From the NCBI GenBank assembly GCA_016184305.1, contig JACPCX010000128.1, forward strand, positions 1 to 34,929: a stretch of 34,929 bases of DNA, in the 5' to 3' direction. The notes below the pieces were generated by a model that saw nothing but the letters and a program-made list of their open reading frames with translations, did no database searches and was not told the origin of the DNA. Position 1 is the first letter of the stretch. Each line of letters begins with the position of its first letter. This stretch comes from Candidatus Rokuibacteriota bacterium. Lineage in GTDB: Bacteria; Methylomirabilota; Methylomirabilia; Rokubacteriales; CSP1-6. Shown here in pieces: positions 18,752 through 29,546 of this stretch. The position numbers and the translations under genes are program-made.

Positions 18752-20748
18752 GAGCAGGGATCCACGAAGGCCGTCCGCGGCAGCGCGGAGACGTGGAAGA
18801 TCGCGGCCGGCTCGTCCGGCTCGAGCCGCAGCGGGTGGGTTGGTCCCCGCCAGAGCTGGCGGCGGCCCGTCAGGAGCTCGTGCACCTGCACGCGCGCGTC
18901 GGCCGCGAGCCCCAGCCCGTCGAGCGGCAGGTGCAGGAGGGCCTCGTGGGCCTCGAAGGGGTCCAGGCTCACGGCGATCCAGAGCAACTCGGCGCCGTCG
19001 GCGCTCTGCTTGCCGTAGAAGACAATGTTGTCGTCGTCGGCCCGGTAGAAGCGCAGGCCCCGGGAGGTCTGGAGCGCCGAGTGCTCGCGGCGGATGCAGT
19101 TCAGCCGGGCGAGGTAGGCCTTGATGTTGCCCGGGGCCTCCCAGTCCCGCACCCGGATCTCGTACTTCTCCGCGCCCAGGTATTCCTCGGTGCCGGGGAC
19201 AGCCGCGTTCTCGCAGAGCTCGTACCCGCTGTAGATGCCCCAGAGCGAGGACAGCGTCGCGGCCAGGGCGGCGCGCAGCATGAAGGCGGAGCGGCCGCCC
19301 TGCTGCAGGATCGACGGCAGGATGTCCGGCGTGTTGGTGAAGAGGTTGCCCCGGAAGTACTCCGCCAACTCGGTCCCCGTCAGCTCCGTGAAGTAGGCCG
19401 TGAGCTCGTCCTTGAAGTTCCGCCACGTGAAGTAGGTGTACGATTGCGTGAACCCCACCTTGGCGAGCGCATGCATGAGTTTGGGCCGCGTGAAGGCCTC
19501 CGACAAGAAGACGACGTCGGGGAACACCGCCTGCACCTCGCGGATGAGCCACGCCCAGAACGGGATGGGCTTGGTGTGGGGGTTGTCCACGCGGAAGATC
19601 CGCACCCCCTGCTCGATCCAGAAGACGAGGACGCTGCGCGCCTCCTCCCACAGCGCCTCGCGATCCCGGCAAAAAAAGTCCAGCGGATAGATGTCCTGGT
19701 ACTTCTTGGGCGGGTTCTCGGCGTACTTGATGGTGCCGTCGGGCCGGTGCTGAAACCACTCGGGGTGCTCCTGCACCCAGGGATGGTCGGGCGAGCATTG
19801 CAGCGCGTAGTCCAGCGCGATCTCCAGGCCGTGCTCCCGCGCGGCGCGGACGAGGTCGCGGAAGTCCTCCAGCGTGCCCAGGGCCGGCTCCACCGCCTTG
19901 TGGCCGCCGTGCTCATTACCGATGGCCCAGGGGGAGCCCGGGTCCTCGGGGCCGGCCGCGAGCCCCCCGTTCCGGCCCTTGCGGAAGCGCCGGCCGATGG
20001 GGTGGATCGGGGGCAGGTAGAGGACGTCGAAGCCCATGGCGGCGATGTCCGGCAGGCGGGCGACGCAGTCCTCGAAGGTGCCGTGCCGTCCCGGCACCCG
20101 GCCCTGGGAGCGCGGGAACAGCTCGTACCACGCGGCGCACTGGGCGAGGGGGCGCTCGACCAGCAGCTCCAGCTCCCGCTCGTACAGTGTGGCCGCGCTC
20201 CGGTCCGGATAGCTCGCCATCAGCTCGGCCGTCTCGGTGTCCAGCAGGAGGCGCGCCCGCTGGGCCTGGCTCGTCGCCCGCGCCACCGCGGCGAGCCGCT
20301 CCTCGATGCGGCGGCGGTCGGCGTCGGCCGCCCGCGCAAGCGCCGTCCGCAGGAGCGCCGCGCCCTCCAGCAGCTCGCTCGTGACGTCCATCCCGGCGGC
20401 GAGCCGTTTCTCGAGGTCGCGCGCCCAGGTCCGGGAGGGATCGGTCCAGGCCTCGACGGTGTAGAGGTACCGGGCGTTCTCCTCCAGGAGGAAGTCCGCG
20501 GCCCAGCGGTCGTTGTCCACGGGGGCCATGGGCGTCTCGCGCCAGGCGGTGTCCTTCACCGTCCGGTACCGCAGCACGGCGGAGAGCGCGCCATGCCCTT
20601 CGCACAGGATGTCGGCGCTGACCTCGAATCGCTCTCCGGCCACGCGCTTGACGGGGAAGCGGCCGCCGTCCAGCTCGGGCCACACGTTGGCGATCCAGAT
20701 CGCCCGGAGGTCGCCACGCATCGGGTCTCGGGGCGTATTGGCCATCAT
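18748..20748 (-). CDS. glgE: Alpha-1,4-glucan:maltose-1-phosphate maltosyltransferase (666 aa)
   Basis: [76 protein letters not shown]. Confidence 0.96.
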   Translation of the reverse strand: MMANTPRDPMRGDLRAIWIANVWPELDGGRFPVKRVAGERFEVSADILCEGHGALSAVLRYRTVKDTAWRETPMAPVDNDRWAADFLLEENARYLYTVEAWTDPSRTWARDLEKRLAAGMDVTSELLEGAALLRTALARAADADRRRIEERLAAVARATSQAQRARLLLDTETAELMASYPDRSAATLYERELELLVERPLAQCAAWYELFPRSQGRVPGRHGTFEDCVARLPDIAAMGFDVLYLPPIHPIGRRFRKGRNGGLAAGPEDPGSPWAIGNEHGGHKAVEPALGTLEDFRDLVRAAREHGLEIALDYALQCSPDHPWVQEHPEWFQHRPDGTIKYAENPPKKYQDIYPLDFFCRDREALWEEARSVLVFWIEQGVRIFRVDNPHTKPIPFWAWLIREVQAVFPDVVFLSEAFTRPKLMHALAKVGFTQSYTYFTWRNFKDELTAYFTELTGTELAEYFRGNLFTNTPDILPSILQQGGRSAFMLRAALAATLSSLWGIYSGYELCENAAVPGTEEYLGAEKYEIRVRDWEAPGNIKAYLARLNCIRREHSALQTSRGLRFYRADDDNIVFYGKQSADGAELLWIAVSLDPFEAHEALLHLPLDGLGLAADARVQVHELLTGRRQLWRGPTHPLRLEPDEPAAIFHVSALPRTAFVDPCS

Positions 20749-23700
20749 CCTTCGTGCTCCTCTCGCGCGAGCAAGGCCACGGGGAAGGCCTCGAGCAGCC
20801 GCCCCACGAGCAGGACCGGCCCGCCGGCACGCCGCTCGATGCCCGGGCACGCCCCGGTGAAGGCATGGGTGAGCGGACCGGGCAGGTCCTCCGGCACCCG
20901 GACATGCGTGTCGCCCCACACCGCCGGTCCCAGGGGCAGCCGCGCGCCCTGATCCGTGAGGCGCGCCGTCAGGCGGGGCACCACGACGACGGCGACCTCG
21001 CCGTCCCGCCGGCGGGCGAAGGCGCAGAGATGGGCGGCGTGCTGGCCGCCCGCGGCCAGCGGAACATACTCCCCTGACTGGAACAGGGCGGCCGCCTCCC
21101 GGCGGACGGCCAGGGCCCGGTGGATCGTGTAGAGCTTGATCCGGCCGTCCATCCACCGCGTGAGCAGCTCCCGCGCCAGGCCCTCGAGGTCGCCGGCGGC
21201 GATCCGCGCGCGGAGCTCGGCGAGGGCGGCCTCGCGCAGGGAAAAGTCCACCGGGCGCCGGTTGTCGGGGTCCACGAGAGCAAGGTCCCAGATCTCGGTG
21301 CCCTGGTAGAAGTCGGGGACGCCCGGCGCCGTGATCTTGAGCAGGGTCTGGGCCAGGCTGTTGACCATGCCGAGGCGAGCGATGGGCGCCTGGAAGGCGA
21401 CGAAGTCCTCCAGGAAGCGGTGGTTGTGTCCCCCGGACTCCAGGATGACCGCCACGAAGGATCGGAGGGCCCCCTCGTAGGCCTCGCTGGGGTTGATCCA
21501 GCTCGTGTGGACCTTCGCCTCCTTGGCGGCCTTGGCCATGTAGTCCTGGATGCGGGCCACGAAGGGGCCGCCGGGGGTGGGCACGCCCGACTCGGGGGGG
21601 GGCCAGGCGCCCAGCAGGGTCTGGTAGAGCAGGTACTCGTCATTGGCGTCCGGCGCGGGCCGTCCGTCCACGCTGGCGGCGTGCCGCCGGTTCCAGCGCC
21701 GCCAGCGCCTCGCGGCCTCGCGCCACGCGCGCGGCATCTCGGACAGCACGTGTATGCGCGCCCGCACATCCTCGCCGCGCTTGGTGTCGTGGGTCGCCGT
21801 TGTGGAGAGCCCGGCGGGCCACGCCTGCAGGCGGGCCGCGCACTGTTTGTGGAACTCCTCCACGGAGACCCCGAACTGCTCGGGATCCCCCCCGACCTCG
21901 TTAAGGCTCACGAGCCGGTTGTAGCGGTAGAAGGCCGTGTCCTCGACCCCCTTGGCCGTCACCGGCGCCGTGATCTGCTGGAACTTGCCGACGAAGGCCA
22001 GCTGGGCGCGACGGTAATCGTCGTCGGCCGCCTCCGGCTCGCGCAGCAGCAGGATCTCGCGGACGAAGTCGAAGATGGAGGCGTTGGTGGTGGTGTTGCG
22101 CCGCCGGGCGAAGGCCACCGCCACCTCCACGCAGGCGCGGTCCTGGAGATCCACCTCCTGCTGGTCCCGCACGACGTAGGTCCGGTAGAGCGGGAAGCAC
22201 GCGATGATCTCGCGCAGCGCGTGTGTGAGGCTCTGCCGCGTGAAGTCGCGCGAAGTACGGTGACGCTGCGCCAGCCGGCTCAGGGCGTGGCCCAGCACTC
22301 CGAGCTCGCTGGCCATCGCCGTCTCGACGATGAGCTGCTTGGCTTCGTAGACGATGTCGGCGAAGGGCGCGCGCTGCCCGGTGAAACCCGCGTAGGCCGC
22401 GATCATGGGGCGCGCGCCGGCCGCATCCACGAACAACCCGCCCGCGAGGCTCAGGAACTCGTAGCCCGTGGTGCCGTGGATGCCCCAGCCCGCCGGCAGC
22501 CGCTCGCCGCGGGCGAGGACTTTCTCGGCCACGACGTAGAGGGGCCGGCAGCCCGGCCGGGCGGAATCGGCCTGGCAGGCGGCCTCGAAGCCGGCCGCCG
22601 CCGCGGCCACGGCCTCGTCGAGGCCTTGGCCCTCAGCCGCCCCCTCCCGGCGGCGGCGGGCGCGCGCGAGCTGGGCGAAGCGCTCCCGCTGCAGAGCCAG
22701 GAAGTAGCCGCGCGGGTCGAAGAGGCCGTCCGGGTGGTCGATCCGGAGCCCCGTGACCTTGCCCTCCTCGAGGAGCCGGAGTATCAGCCGGTGGGTCTCG
22801 CGAAAGACCGCCGGGTGCTCCATGCGGATTGCCGCCAGCTCGTTGACGTCGAAGAAGCGGCGGTAGTTTATCTCCTCCGCGGCCACCCGCCAGTGGGCCA
22901 GCCGGTACGGCTGCTCACCCAACAGCCGGTCCAGGAGATCGAAGCTGCGCGGGTCCCCGCGCTTTCCGTTGAAGACCCGGAGCGTCTCGTCCAGCGAGGC
23001 GCGCACAGCCTCGCTTGCCTCCGCGAGCCGGGCCAGTCGGCGCCGGATGACCTCCTTCTCGCGGAGGCGCTCCCGGACGCGCTCAGGCGCACGCTCGGCG
23101 GTCGGGGGTAGGTTCTCGAGCGCCGTGATGATGCTCTGGTACTCCTGCGCATCCGGGTGGTCTCCGCCCAACGTCGCCACGAGGGCCTCCAGGCGCTCGC
23201 CGAGGACCAGGGCCGCGGAGCGCGGCTCCACGGGCAGGAGCGTGTCGTAATAGCGGACGCGGAAGCCGCCGGCGTCCATCTCGAGCGCGAGCTCCTGGTT
23301 CTCCAGCACCCGACCGTACTGGTCTCCGAGGATGGGCAGCAGCACCTTCTGGGCCAGGTGGCGCTCCACCGGCTCCCAGTCGATGTCGAAGAAGTCCGCG
23401 TAGGGCGAGCTGGGGCCGTTCTCGAGGACGTCGTTCCACCAGCGATTGGCGCCCTGCGCGATGCCCATGTGGTTGGGCACCACGTCGAGGAGGTGGCCCA
23501 GGCCCCGCGCCCGCAGCGCCCCGGTGAAGGCCGCGTGATCCTCCGGTGAGCCGATCTCGGGGTTCAGCTGGTTGTGGTCCACCAGGTCGTAGCCGTGCGA
23601 GCTGCCGGGCCGGGCGGCCAGATAGGAGGACGTGTAGGCGTCGCTGATCCCGAGGGCCTCGAGATACGGCACGAGGCGCGCGGCGTCCCGGAAGGTGAAG

Positions 23701-23786
23701 GCGGCGTTCAGTTGGAGCCGGTAGGTGCTGAGCGGCACCCGCGCCTCGATCGGCACCCCCGCGGGCGTGAGATCCTCAGGCCTCAC
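20745..23786 (-). CDS. treY: Malto-oligosyltrehalose synthase
   Basis: [88 protein letters not shown]. Confidence 0.96.
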   Translation of the reverse strand: MRPEDLTPAGVPIEARVPLSTYRLQLNAAFTFRDAARLVPYLEALGISDAYTSSYLAARPGSSHGYDLVDHNQLNPEIGSPEDHAAFTGALRARGLGHLLDVVPNHMGIAQGANRWWNDVLENGPSSPYADFFDIDWEPVERHLAQKVLLPILGDQYGRVLENQELALEMDAGGFRVRYYDTLLPVEPRSAALVLGERLEALVATLGGDHPDAQEYQSIITALENLPPTAERAPERVRERLREKEVIRRRLARLAEASEAVRASLDETLRVFNGKRGDPRSFDLLDRLLGEQPYRLAHWRVAAEEINYRRFFDVNELAAIRMEHPAVFRETHRLILRLLEEGKVTGLRIDHPDGLFDPRGYFLALQRERFAQLARARRRREGAAEGQGLDEAVAAAAAGFEAACQADSARPGCRPLYVVAEKVLARGERLPAGWGIHGTTGYEFLSLAGGLFVDAAGARPMIAAYAGFTGQRAPFADIVYEAKQLIVETAMASELGVLGHALSRLAQRHRTSRDFTRQSLTHALREIIACFPLYRTYVVRDQQEVDLQDRACVEVAVAFARRRNTTTNASIFDFVREILLLREPEAADDDYRRAQLAFVGKFQQITAPVTAKGVEDTAFYRYNRLVSLNEVGGDPEQFGVSVEEFHKQCAARLQAWPAGLSTTATHDTKRGEDVRARIHVLSEMPRAWREAARRWRRWNRRHAASVDGRPAPDANDEYLLYQTLLGAWPPPESGVPTPGGPFVARIQDYMAKAAKEAKVHTSWINPSEAYEGALRSFVAVILESGGHNHRFLEDFVAFQAPIARLGMVNSLAQTLLKITAPGVPDFYQGTEIWDLALVDPDNRRPVDFSLREAALAELRARIAAGDLEGLARELLTRWMDGRIKLYTIHRALAVRREAAALFQSGEYVPLAAGGQHAAHLCAFARRRDGEVAVVVVPRLTARLTDQGARLPLGPAVWGDTHVRVPEDLPGPLTHAFTGACPGIERRAGGPVLLVGRLLEAFPVALLAREEHEG

Positions 23787-25347
23787 GCGCGGGCCTCTCC
23801 GGAGGCGGGGCCTCGGCGGCGGTCCCGTCCGCAGGCTCCCGGGCCTGAGGGTCCAGCACGGGAAGGCGAACGATCACCTCGGTTCCCCGGTCGGCGACCG
23901 AGAGGATCTCCACCTCGCCCCGGTGAGCCCGGACGATCTCCTCGACGATGGGCAGGCCGAGGCCCGTCCCGTGGCCCCGCCTCTTGGTGGAGAAGAAGGG
24001 CTGGAAGGCCTGCGCGAGCTCCTCCTCGCCCATGCCCTTCCCCTCGTCCAGGACGTGGATCGCGACCAGCGGCGTGTCGGCCTTGCCCCGGAGCACGCTG
24101 GCGCGCCCCTCGGGAGGCAACAGGGACTCGGGGCCGTGCGTGACGCGCACCGTTCCCCCGGGCGGCGAGGCGTCCAGCGCGTTGGTGAGCAGGTTGACGA
24201 ACACCTGCTGGAGGTGGTCGGCATCGGCCAGAACCTGCACCTCCTCGGGCGGCAGCTCGAGGCGGATCCCGACGCCCTTGTCGCGGCGCCGGCCGGCCAA
24301 GAGGTCGGTCACGCGCGCGAGGATCGGCCCCGGCTGCTCGGCGCGGAGCTGGGGCCGCCTCGGCCGGGCGTAGTCGAGCAGGTCCCGGACTATGGCGGTG
24401 ATCCGCTCGGTCTGGCTGGAGATCACGTCCAGGTGCCTGCGCTCGGGATCGTCGGCGGGGATGCCGCGGGCCAGCGCCTCCGCGCGCCCGGAGATCACGT
24501 TGAGCGGCGTCCCGATCTCGTGGGCGACCTCGGCGGCCAGCATGCCCACGGCGACGAGCTTCTGCGCTTGCTGGACATCGCGTTCCAGCTTGAGGCGCGC
24601 CTCCGACTGCTCCAGGAGCGCCTGCTGCGCCTGCTCGAGGCTCTGGGCCATGCGATTGAACTCCTCGGCCAGCTGTCCCAGCTCGTCGGCCCGGCGCACG
24701 TCGATGCGCTGGCTGAGATCGCCGCTGGCCACGGCGCGTGCGCCCTGGGTGAGGGCCCGCATGGGACGGGCGATGCTCCAGCGAGTGACGGCCAGGATGG
24801 CCAGCACGAAGAGGACCAGCACCACCAGCCGGTACACGATCCGCTCCCGGACGGCATGCGCGAACTCCCGCTCGACGGCGTCCAGCCTCTGGCGCACCTC
24901 GACGGCCGCCGTCCTGCCGTCGGGCCAGCGGAAGGGCTGGATGTGGCGGAGCACTTTGCCGCCCGATTCCTCGGCCAGCCCCGATCTCGACTCGCGCCGC
25001 TTGAGCGCCAGGGTGACGGTGTGGTCGGCGGGCGGCGGCGCCGGCACGTCCCAGGCCGTCGCGGCCGCCACGACCTCCCCCTTGGGGTCGTAGATGGCGG
25101 CCCAGACCAGCCCCGGCCTCTGGCGGATCTCCTCCAGCAGCTCTTGCAGCTCCTCCGTCGTCCGCCCGCGCCGCACATTGCGTCGCACGGCCAGGGCCAG
25201 GGTCTCGGCAAAGACCCGCTGGTCGGTGGCCGCCACCGCCACGAGCCGGTCCCGCTCTCGCGCCAGGCGCACGTAGTCGAAGGCGCCCGTGATGACGAGG
25301 AACGCGAGCATCACGAGCAGGACGAGCCGGGTCGTGAGGTGCTTCAT
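23776..25347 (-). CDS. NtrB-like membrane sensor histidine kinase with HAMP
   Basis: Two TMs, HAMP ([13 protein letters not shown]), [44 protein letters not shown]. Confidence 0.93.
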   Translation of the reverse strand: MKHLTTRLVLLVMLAFLVITGAFDYVRLARERDRLVAVAATDQRVFAETLALAVRRNVRRGRTTEELQELLEEIRQRPGLVWAAIYDPKGEVVAAATAWDVPAPPPADHTVTLALKRRESRSGLAEESGGKVLRHIQPFRWPDGRTAAVEVRQRLDAVEREFAHAVRERIVYRLVVLVLFVLAILAVTRWSIARPMRALTQGARAVASGDLSQRIDVRRADELGQLAEEFNRMAQSLEQAQQALLEQSEARLKLERDVQQAQKLVAVGMLAAEVAHEIGTPLNVISGRAEALARGIPADDPERRHLDVISSQTERITAIVRDLLDYARPRRPQLRAEQPGPILARVTDLLAGRRRDKGVGIRLELPPEEVQVLADADHLQQVFVNLLTNALDASPPGGTVRVTHGPESLLPPEGRASVLRGKADTPLVAIHVLDEGKGMGEEELAQAFQPFFSTKRRGHGTGLGLPIVEEIVRAHRGEVEILSVADRGTEVIVRLPVLDPQAREPADGTAAEAPPPERPAREA

Positions 25348-25360
25348 GTGCCGGAGCGGG

Positions 25361-25747
25361 TCAGGCCGGCGGCGCCGGCTGCAGCCCCAGCGCCTTCCGG
25401 ATGGCCGCCTTCATGTCGTCGATCCTGAACGGCTTGAAGAGGAAGTCCACCGCGCCCTTCTCCGCCGCCTCCACGTAAGACGGCACGTCGCCGAAGGCGG
25501 TCATCATGATGATCCGGGAGCCCGGACACGTGCGCCGGAATCCCGGCAGCAGGTCCAGTCCGCTGGGCCCAGGCATGTTCTTGTCCATGAGGATCACGTC
25601 GAACTGCGTGCCCCGGCAGGCCAGCACGGCTTCCGCGCCGTCGCCGGCCTCCCGCACCTGCCAGCCCTCCCGCCGGAGCTCCTCCGCGAGAAGTCCCCGC
25701 ATCTCGGGATCGTCGTCCACCACAAGGATCCGGATCGGTGTTGCCAT
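25361..25747 (-). CDS. Single-domain response regulator (intact)
   Basis: ILVVDDD…MDKNMPGPSGLDLL…MMTAFG…KPF; alternative start at 25798. Confidence 0.9.
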   Translation of the reverse strand: MATPIRILVVDDDPEMRGLLAEELRREGWQVREAGDGAEAVLACRGTQFDVILMDKNMPGPSGLDLLPGFRRTCPGSRIIMMTAFGDVPSYVEAAEKGAVDFLFKPFRIDDMKAAIRKALGLQPAPPA

Positions 25748-25794
25748 TCCAGAGCTCCCCCGCGCCGCTGCGCTTGCCTGGGTGCCGGCCGCGG

Positions 25795-26361
25795 TCATCG
25801 CCCGCCCGCCCAGGCCCCGGGCGTGGCGGCCAGGGCCATCCAGGCGCCGTCCACCAGGAGCCGGTTCGGGATATCCATGGCCAGCCCGGCGCCGAAGGCA
25901 TAGTGGTGCGTGAACCCGCCCTCGTCGATGCGCGCGCGCAGCTCCTGGCCGTCGGCGCGGATCAGCAGCAAGCCCCGCTGGGTGCGGCACGCACCGGGGG
26001 TGCAGCCCGTGACGGCGATATGCTCGACGTCCCCGACGCGGAGCATCTGCGGGAGCCCGCCCTGCCGGAACACCTCCCGAGCCGGGATGGCGGTGCCCCC
26101 CTGGGCCGGCGCCGCGGCGGTCCAGTCACGCTCGAACAGCGCCCGAACCCGCGGCCCGACCTCGGGGTGGCCGAGAACCTCGGCCCCGGTCCGTCCATAG
26201 CGCAAGGCTCCCGGATCCGCCGGGAGCACCTCCACCCGAGGCGGGCGCGGGCCAGCGGAGGGGAGCACGCATCCGCTCGCGCCGAGGACGATGACGAGGG
26301 CGCCTGCGAGATGCCCTGCGGTGGCTCGCCAGCGGAGCCATGGCCTCTTCGGTGTGTTCAT
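25795..26361 (-). CDS. Lipoprotein, Ivy-like motif
   Basis: GGAGG RBS, lipobox-like LGASG-C, VTGCTPGAC motif followed by beta strands. Confidence 0.65.
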   Translation of the reverse strand: MNTPKRPWLRWRATAGHLAGALVIVLGASGCVLPSAGPRPPRVEVLPADPGALRYGRTGAEVLGHPEVGPRVRALFERDWTAAAPAQGGTAIPAREVFRQGGLPQMLRVGDVEHIAVTGCTPGACRTQRGLLLIRADGQELRARIDEGGFTHHYAFGAGLAMDIPNRLLVDGAWMALAATPGAWAGGR

Positions 26362-26363
26362 GG

Positions 26364-26645
26364 CTAACCTCCAGGCGCCGGGTCGGGCCGTCGACCGCGG
26401 CGCGGGGGCGCAACCGCCTCGGTCTTCGAGCAGAGACGCAGCAGCGCCAGCGAACGGCTTTCGAGGGCATAGGGGGCGCCGCCCCTCAGGTGCCGCCCCA
26501 CGCCGGCGGGGACCTCGTCCGTCCGTGTATCCACCACCGGGTCCCAGCCCACTCCTCTGCGGTAGCCGGGTAGCACGAAGGACAGAGGCAGGTGATGGGC
26601 GTTGAGCGGGTACGGGTGGCCCGGCGGCTTGGTCTTCAGCACCAT
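26364..26645 (-). pseudogene. glgX: Glycogen debranching enzyme reduced to its termini (93 aa)
   Basis: N-terminal PGHPYPL (GlgX PGxPYPLGAT start) fused in frame to LNAHHLPLSFVLP…W.PVVDT…YALESRSLALLRL (GlgX C-terminus); position at the head of the alpha-glucan operon. Confidence 0.8.
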
Positions 26646-26724
26646 GCCCTCATTCTGCCACCGAGCGGTGGGGCCACACCGGCCGATAGTGGCAGGCGGC
26701 CAGGGGGTGATACGCTAGCCCGCG

Positions 26725-27264
26725 GTGAAGGCTCTCTTCCTCACGCGCGAGTACCCGCCCCACGTCTACGGCGGGGCCGGGGTGGCGGTGGACCATCTCA
26801 CGCGGGCGCTCAGCCGGCGAATGGCGGTAGAGGTCCGCTGCTTCGGCCCGCCCGCCCCAACGCCCCCCATCGTCGCGCGCGGTTACGAGCCCTGGGATCG
26901 GCTGCGGGGCGGCCCCGGCGAGCCGCGCTACTCGGGGGCGCTGGAGGCCCTGTCGGTGGGTTTGGCCATGGCCTGCGAGGCGGCGGTGGTCGCCTCCAGG
27001 GTCGGCGGCATCCCGGAGGTCGTGGAGGACGGGGTCACGGGCCTGCTCGTGCCGCCAGGGGAGCCGGCGGCCCTGGCCCGGGCGCTGCGCGCGCTCCTCG
27101 AGGACCCTGCCCGGGCCCGTGCCCTGGGCCTGGCTGGCCGCCGCCGGGTAGAGGAGCATTTCGGCTGGGACGCCATCGCCGCTCTCACCCATCGGGTGTA
27201 CGACGACGTCGTGGCGGCGTTTCGCGAGGGCGGGCCGGATCGTGAGGCCCCGGAGCAGCGGTAA
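26725..27264 (+). pseudogene. glgA: GlgA/GlgM-type GT4 glucosyltransferase with large in-frame deletion (179 aa)
   Basis: LTREYPPHVYGGAGV N-terminus joined at LAM|ACE to the VVASRVGGIPEVVEDGVTG…FGW C-terminus. Confidence 0.85.
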
Positions 27265-27372
27265 CCGCATGAGGCCCCGGCCCAGAGCGACACGGGCGAT
27301 CGCAGGCCCTCGGGGGCCCGGGTCGAAGGGGATCGTCACGGTGCTCATGGGGATGGTCCGATGCCAACACAG

Positions 27373-27388
27373 TGCGAAGGGTGTGCCA
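27373..27388 (-). promoter_or_regulatory. Sigma54 promoter facing leftwards (target gene apparently lost)
   Basis: Minus strand TGGCAC-ACCCT-TCGCA. Confidence 0.7.
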
Positions 27389-27440
27389 ACAAGGAGCCTC
27401 GCGGGGACGGGGAGTTGCGTGGCATGACTGCCGGCGCGGG

Positions 27441-27474
27441 GCGACACCGTGACGCTCCAGCGACATCGTGTCGC
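27441..27474. promoter_or_regulatory. Tandem palindromic enhancer (UAS) copy 2
   Basis: GCGACA-ccg-TGACGC (27441) and GCGACA-tcg-TGTCGC (27460), 19-bp period, centred between divergent sigma54 promoters. Confidence 0.82.
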
Positions 27475-27529
27475 CGGATCCGCTGCCTCCGACTTCCGAT
27501 CAGGTCCGCCCCACCAGCGTTTCGGGGCG

Positions 27530-27545
27530 TGGCGCAGCCGTTGCA
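27530..27545 (+). promoter_or_regulatory. Sigma54 promoter for treZ
   Basis: TGGCGC-AGCCG-TTGCA, 30 nt before the treZ start; AAGGAGG RBS at 27561. Confidence 0.82.
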
Positions 27546-27575
27546 CCGCTTGCCCCCTGGAAGGAGGCCGCGCCC

Positions 27576-29309
27576 GTGACCACGTTCACAGTGTGGGCCC
27601 CTCGCGCCGGCCAGGTAGAGCTGACAATCGGGACCCGGCGCATCGCCATGAGCCCCCGCGGCGACGGGTGGTGGAAGGTCGAGGAGCCCTCGGCCGCCCC
27701 GGGAACCGATTATGGCTTCGCGCTGGACGGGAGCCCGCCGCTGCCCGATCCGCGCTCCCCATGGCAGCCGGCGGGGGTGCACGGGCCATCGAGAGTCCTG
27801 GACCACGGAGCCTTCACCTGGAGCCATGCGCGGTGGCAGCCGCCACCGCTCGCGGCCGCGGTGATCTACGAGCTCCATGTGGGGACGTTCACCGGGGCCG
27901 GCACCTTCGAGGCCGTGGTCGACCGGCTCGATCACCTTGTGAGCCTGGGCGTCACCCATGTAGAGCTGATGCCGGTGGTCGAGTTCCCGGGCGCGCGGGG
28001 CTGGGGCTACGACGGGGTGGATCTCTTCGCCCCTCACCATGGCTGCGGGGGGCCGGTCGGCCTCAAGCGCCTCGTGGACGCCTGTCACGGCCGGGGCCTC
28101 GCGGTGATTGTCGACGTCGTCTTCAACCACCTGGGCCCCGCGGGGAATTACGTGGGTCGCTTCGGTCCGTACTTCACTGATCGCTACCGGACGCCGTGGG
28201 GAGAGGCCGTGAACCTGGACGCGGCGGAGAGCGACGAGGTCCGGCGCTTCCTCTGCGACAACGCGCTCATGTGGCTCCGGGACTACCACATGGACGGACT
28301 CCGCATCGACGCCGTGCACGCCATGCTCGACCGCTCGGCGACGCATGTCCTGGAGCAGCTCGCCGCCGAGGTGCGGGCGCTGGAGGCGCATCTCGGCCGC
28401 CACCTGGTCCTGATTGCCGAGAGCGACCTCAACGACCCGCGGCTGGTCCAGGCCCCGGTCGCGGGCGGCTACGGCCTCGACGCCCAGTGGAACGAGGACT
28501 ACCATCACGCCCTCCATGCCCTGCTCACGGGCGAGCGCCAGGGGTACTACGCCGATTTCGGCGGGATGCCGGATGTGGCCGCGGCACTCCGGGAGGGCTT
28601 CGTCTATGCGGGCCGGCGGTCGGCCTATCGCCGCCGGCGGCACGGGCGCGCGGCGACCGGGCTCGGCGGGCAGCGCTTCGTGGGATGTCTGCAGAACCAC
28701 GATCAGGTGGGCAATCGCGCTCGCGGCGAGCGGATGAGCCAGCTGGTGGGGCCCGGGCGCCTCATGATCGGCGCCGCCCTGGTCCTGACCGCACCCTTCG
28801 TGCCCATGCTCTTCCAGGGCGAGGAGTGGGGAGCGCGGACGCCGTTCCAGTACTTCACCGACCACGACGACCCGGCGCTCGGCGCCGCGGTGCGAGATGG
28901 CCGGCGGCGCGAGTTCGCCGCCTTCGGCTGGAACCCCGAGGAGGTGCCGGATCCGCAGGCGCCCGAGACCTTCGAGCGGTCGCGGCTGGACTGGAGCGAG
29001 CCGGCCCGCGAGCCGCACGCGAGCCTCCTCGCCTGGCACCGAGACCTGATCCGGCTGCGGCGTGCCCAGGCTGCGCTGTCGGACGGACGCATGGACCTCG
29101 TCCGGGTGGACTGGGACCAGCCGGCGGGCTGGATGCGCATCGAGCGGGGGGCGCTCACCGTTGCCGTGAACCTCGGAGCCCGGCGCCAGCCGGTGCCCCT
29201 GGGCCAGGAGCGGCCGCGCCGCCCGCTCCTGGCCTCGAGCCCCGAGATCGCCTTCGAGCCGACGGGGATCGCCTTGCCTCCCGACTCGGTGGCCGTGCTC
29301 GGGCCGTGA
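27576..29309 (+). CDS. treZ: Malto-oligosyltrehalose trehalohydrolase (577 aa)
   Basis: FTVWAP, PDPRS..QP.GVHGPS, IYELHVGTFT, WGYDGV, GLRIDAVHA, IAESDLN, QNHDQVGNR, PMLFQGEEWG. Confidence 0.96.
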   Translation: MTTFTVWAPRAGQVELTIGTRRIAMSPRGDGWWKVEEPSAAPGTDYGFALDGSPPLPDPRSPWQPAGVHGPSRVLDHGAFTWSHARWQPPPLAAAVIYELHVGTFTGAGTFEAVVDRLDHLVSLGVTHVELMPVVEFPGARGWGYDGVDLFAPHHGCGGPVGLKRLVDACHGRGLAVIVDVVFNHLGPAGNYVGRFGPYFTDRYRTPWGEAVNLDAAESDEVRRFLCDNALMWLRDYHMDGLRIDAVHAMLDRSATHVLEQLAAEVRALEAHLGRHLVLIAESDLNDPRLVQAPVAGGYGLDAQWNEDYHHALHALLTGERQGYYADFGGMPDVAAALREGFVYAGRRSAYRRRRHGRAATGLGGQRFVGCLQNHDQVGNRARGERMSQLVGPGRLMIGAALVLTAPFVPMLFQGEEWGARTPFQYFTDHDDPALGAAVRDGRRREFAAFGWNPEEVPDPQAPETFERSRLDWSEPAREPHASLLAWHRDLIRLRRAQAALSDGRMDLVRVDWDQPAGWMRIERGALTVAVNLGARRQPVPLGQERPRRPLLASSPEIAFEPTGIALPPDSVAVLGP

Positions 29310-29330
29310 CCGCTCCGGGCGGGGCACCAG

Positions 29331-29546
29331 CTACCCCCCGAGGGCTCCGGCCGTGAGCCCGCTCACGATGCGGCGCTGCAGCAGCAGGACCACGACCACC
29401 ACCGGCACCGTCACGATGACCGAGGCGGCGGCGATCTCGCCCCAGGGGAATTCCTCGATGCCCGGGAAGAAGGCGATGGCCACCGTTACGGTCTGCACCC
29501 GATCGGCGCCCGCCAGCGTCAGCGCCAGCAGGAACTCGTTCCACGA
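29331..29546 (-). pseudogene. C-terminal remnant of carbohydrate ABC permease (MalG-like)
   Basis: [11 protein letters not shown]…[35 protein letters not shown]. Confidence 0.85.

Noticed and set aside
13661..21156. ORF-track N-terminal extensions (842-aa TreT, 914-aa TreS, 802-aa GlgE)
   Set aside because: The extensions overlap upstream genes in another frame; true starts are at GTGA/ATGA overlaps.
26645..26660. TGGCAG-AATGA-GGGCA upstream of glgX
   Set aside because: Poor -12 element, and it abuts the start codon, so transcription would start inside the gene.
12454..29327. Long shadow ORFs opposite treS, glgE, treY, the kinase and treZ
   Set aside because: Stop-poor antisense frames with no recognisable domains.
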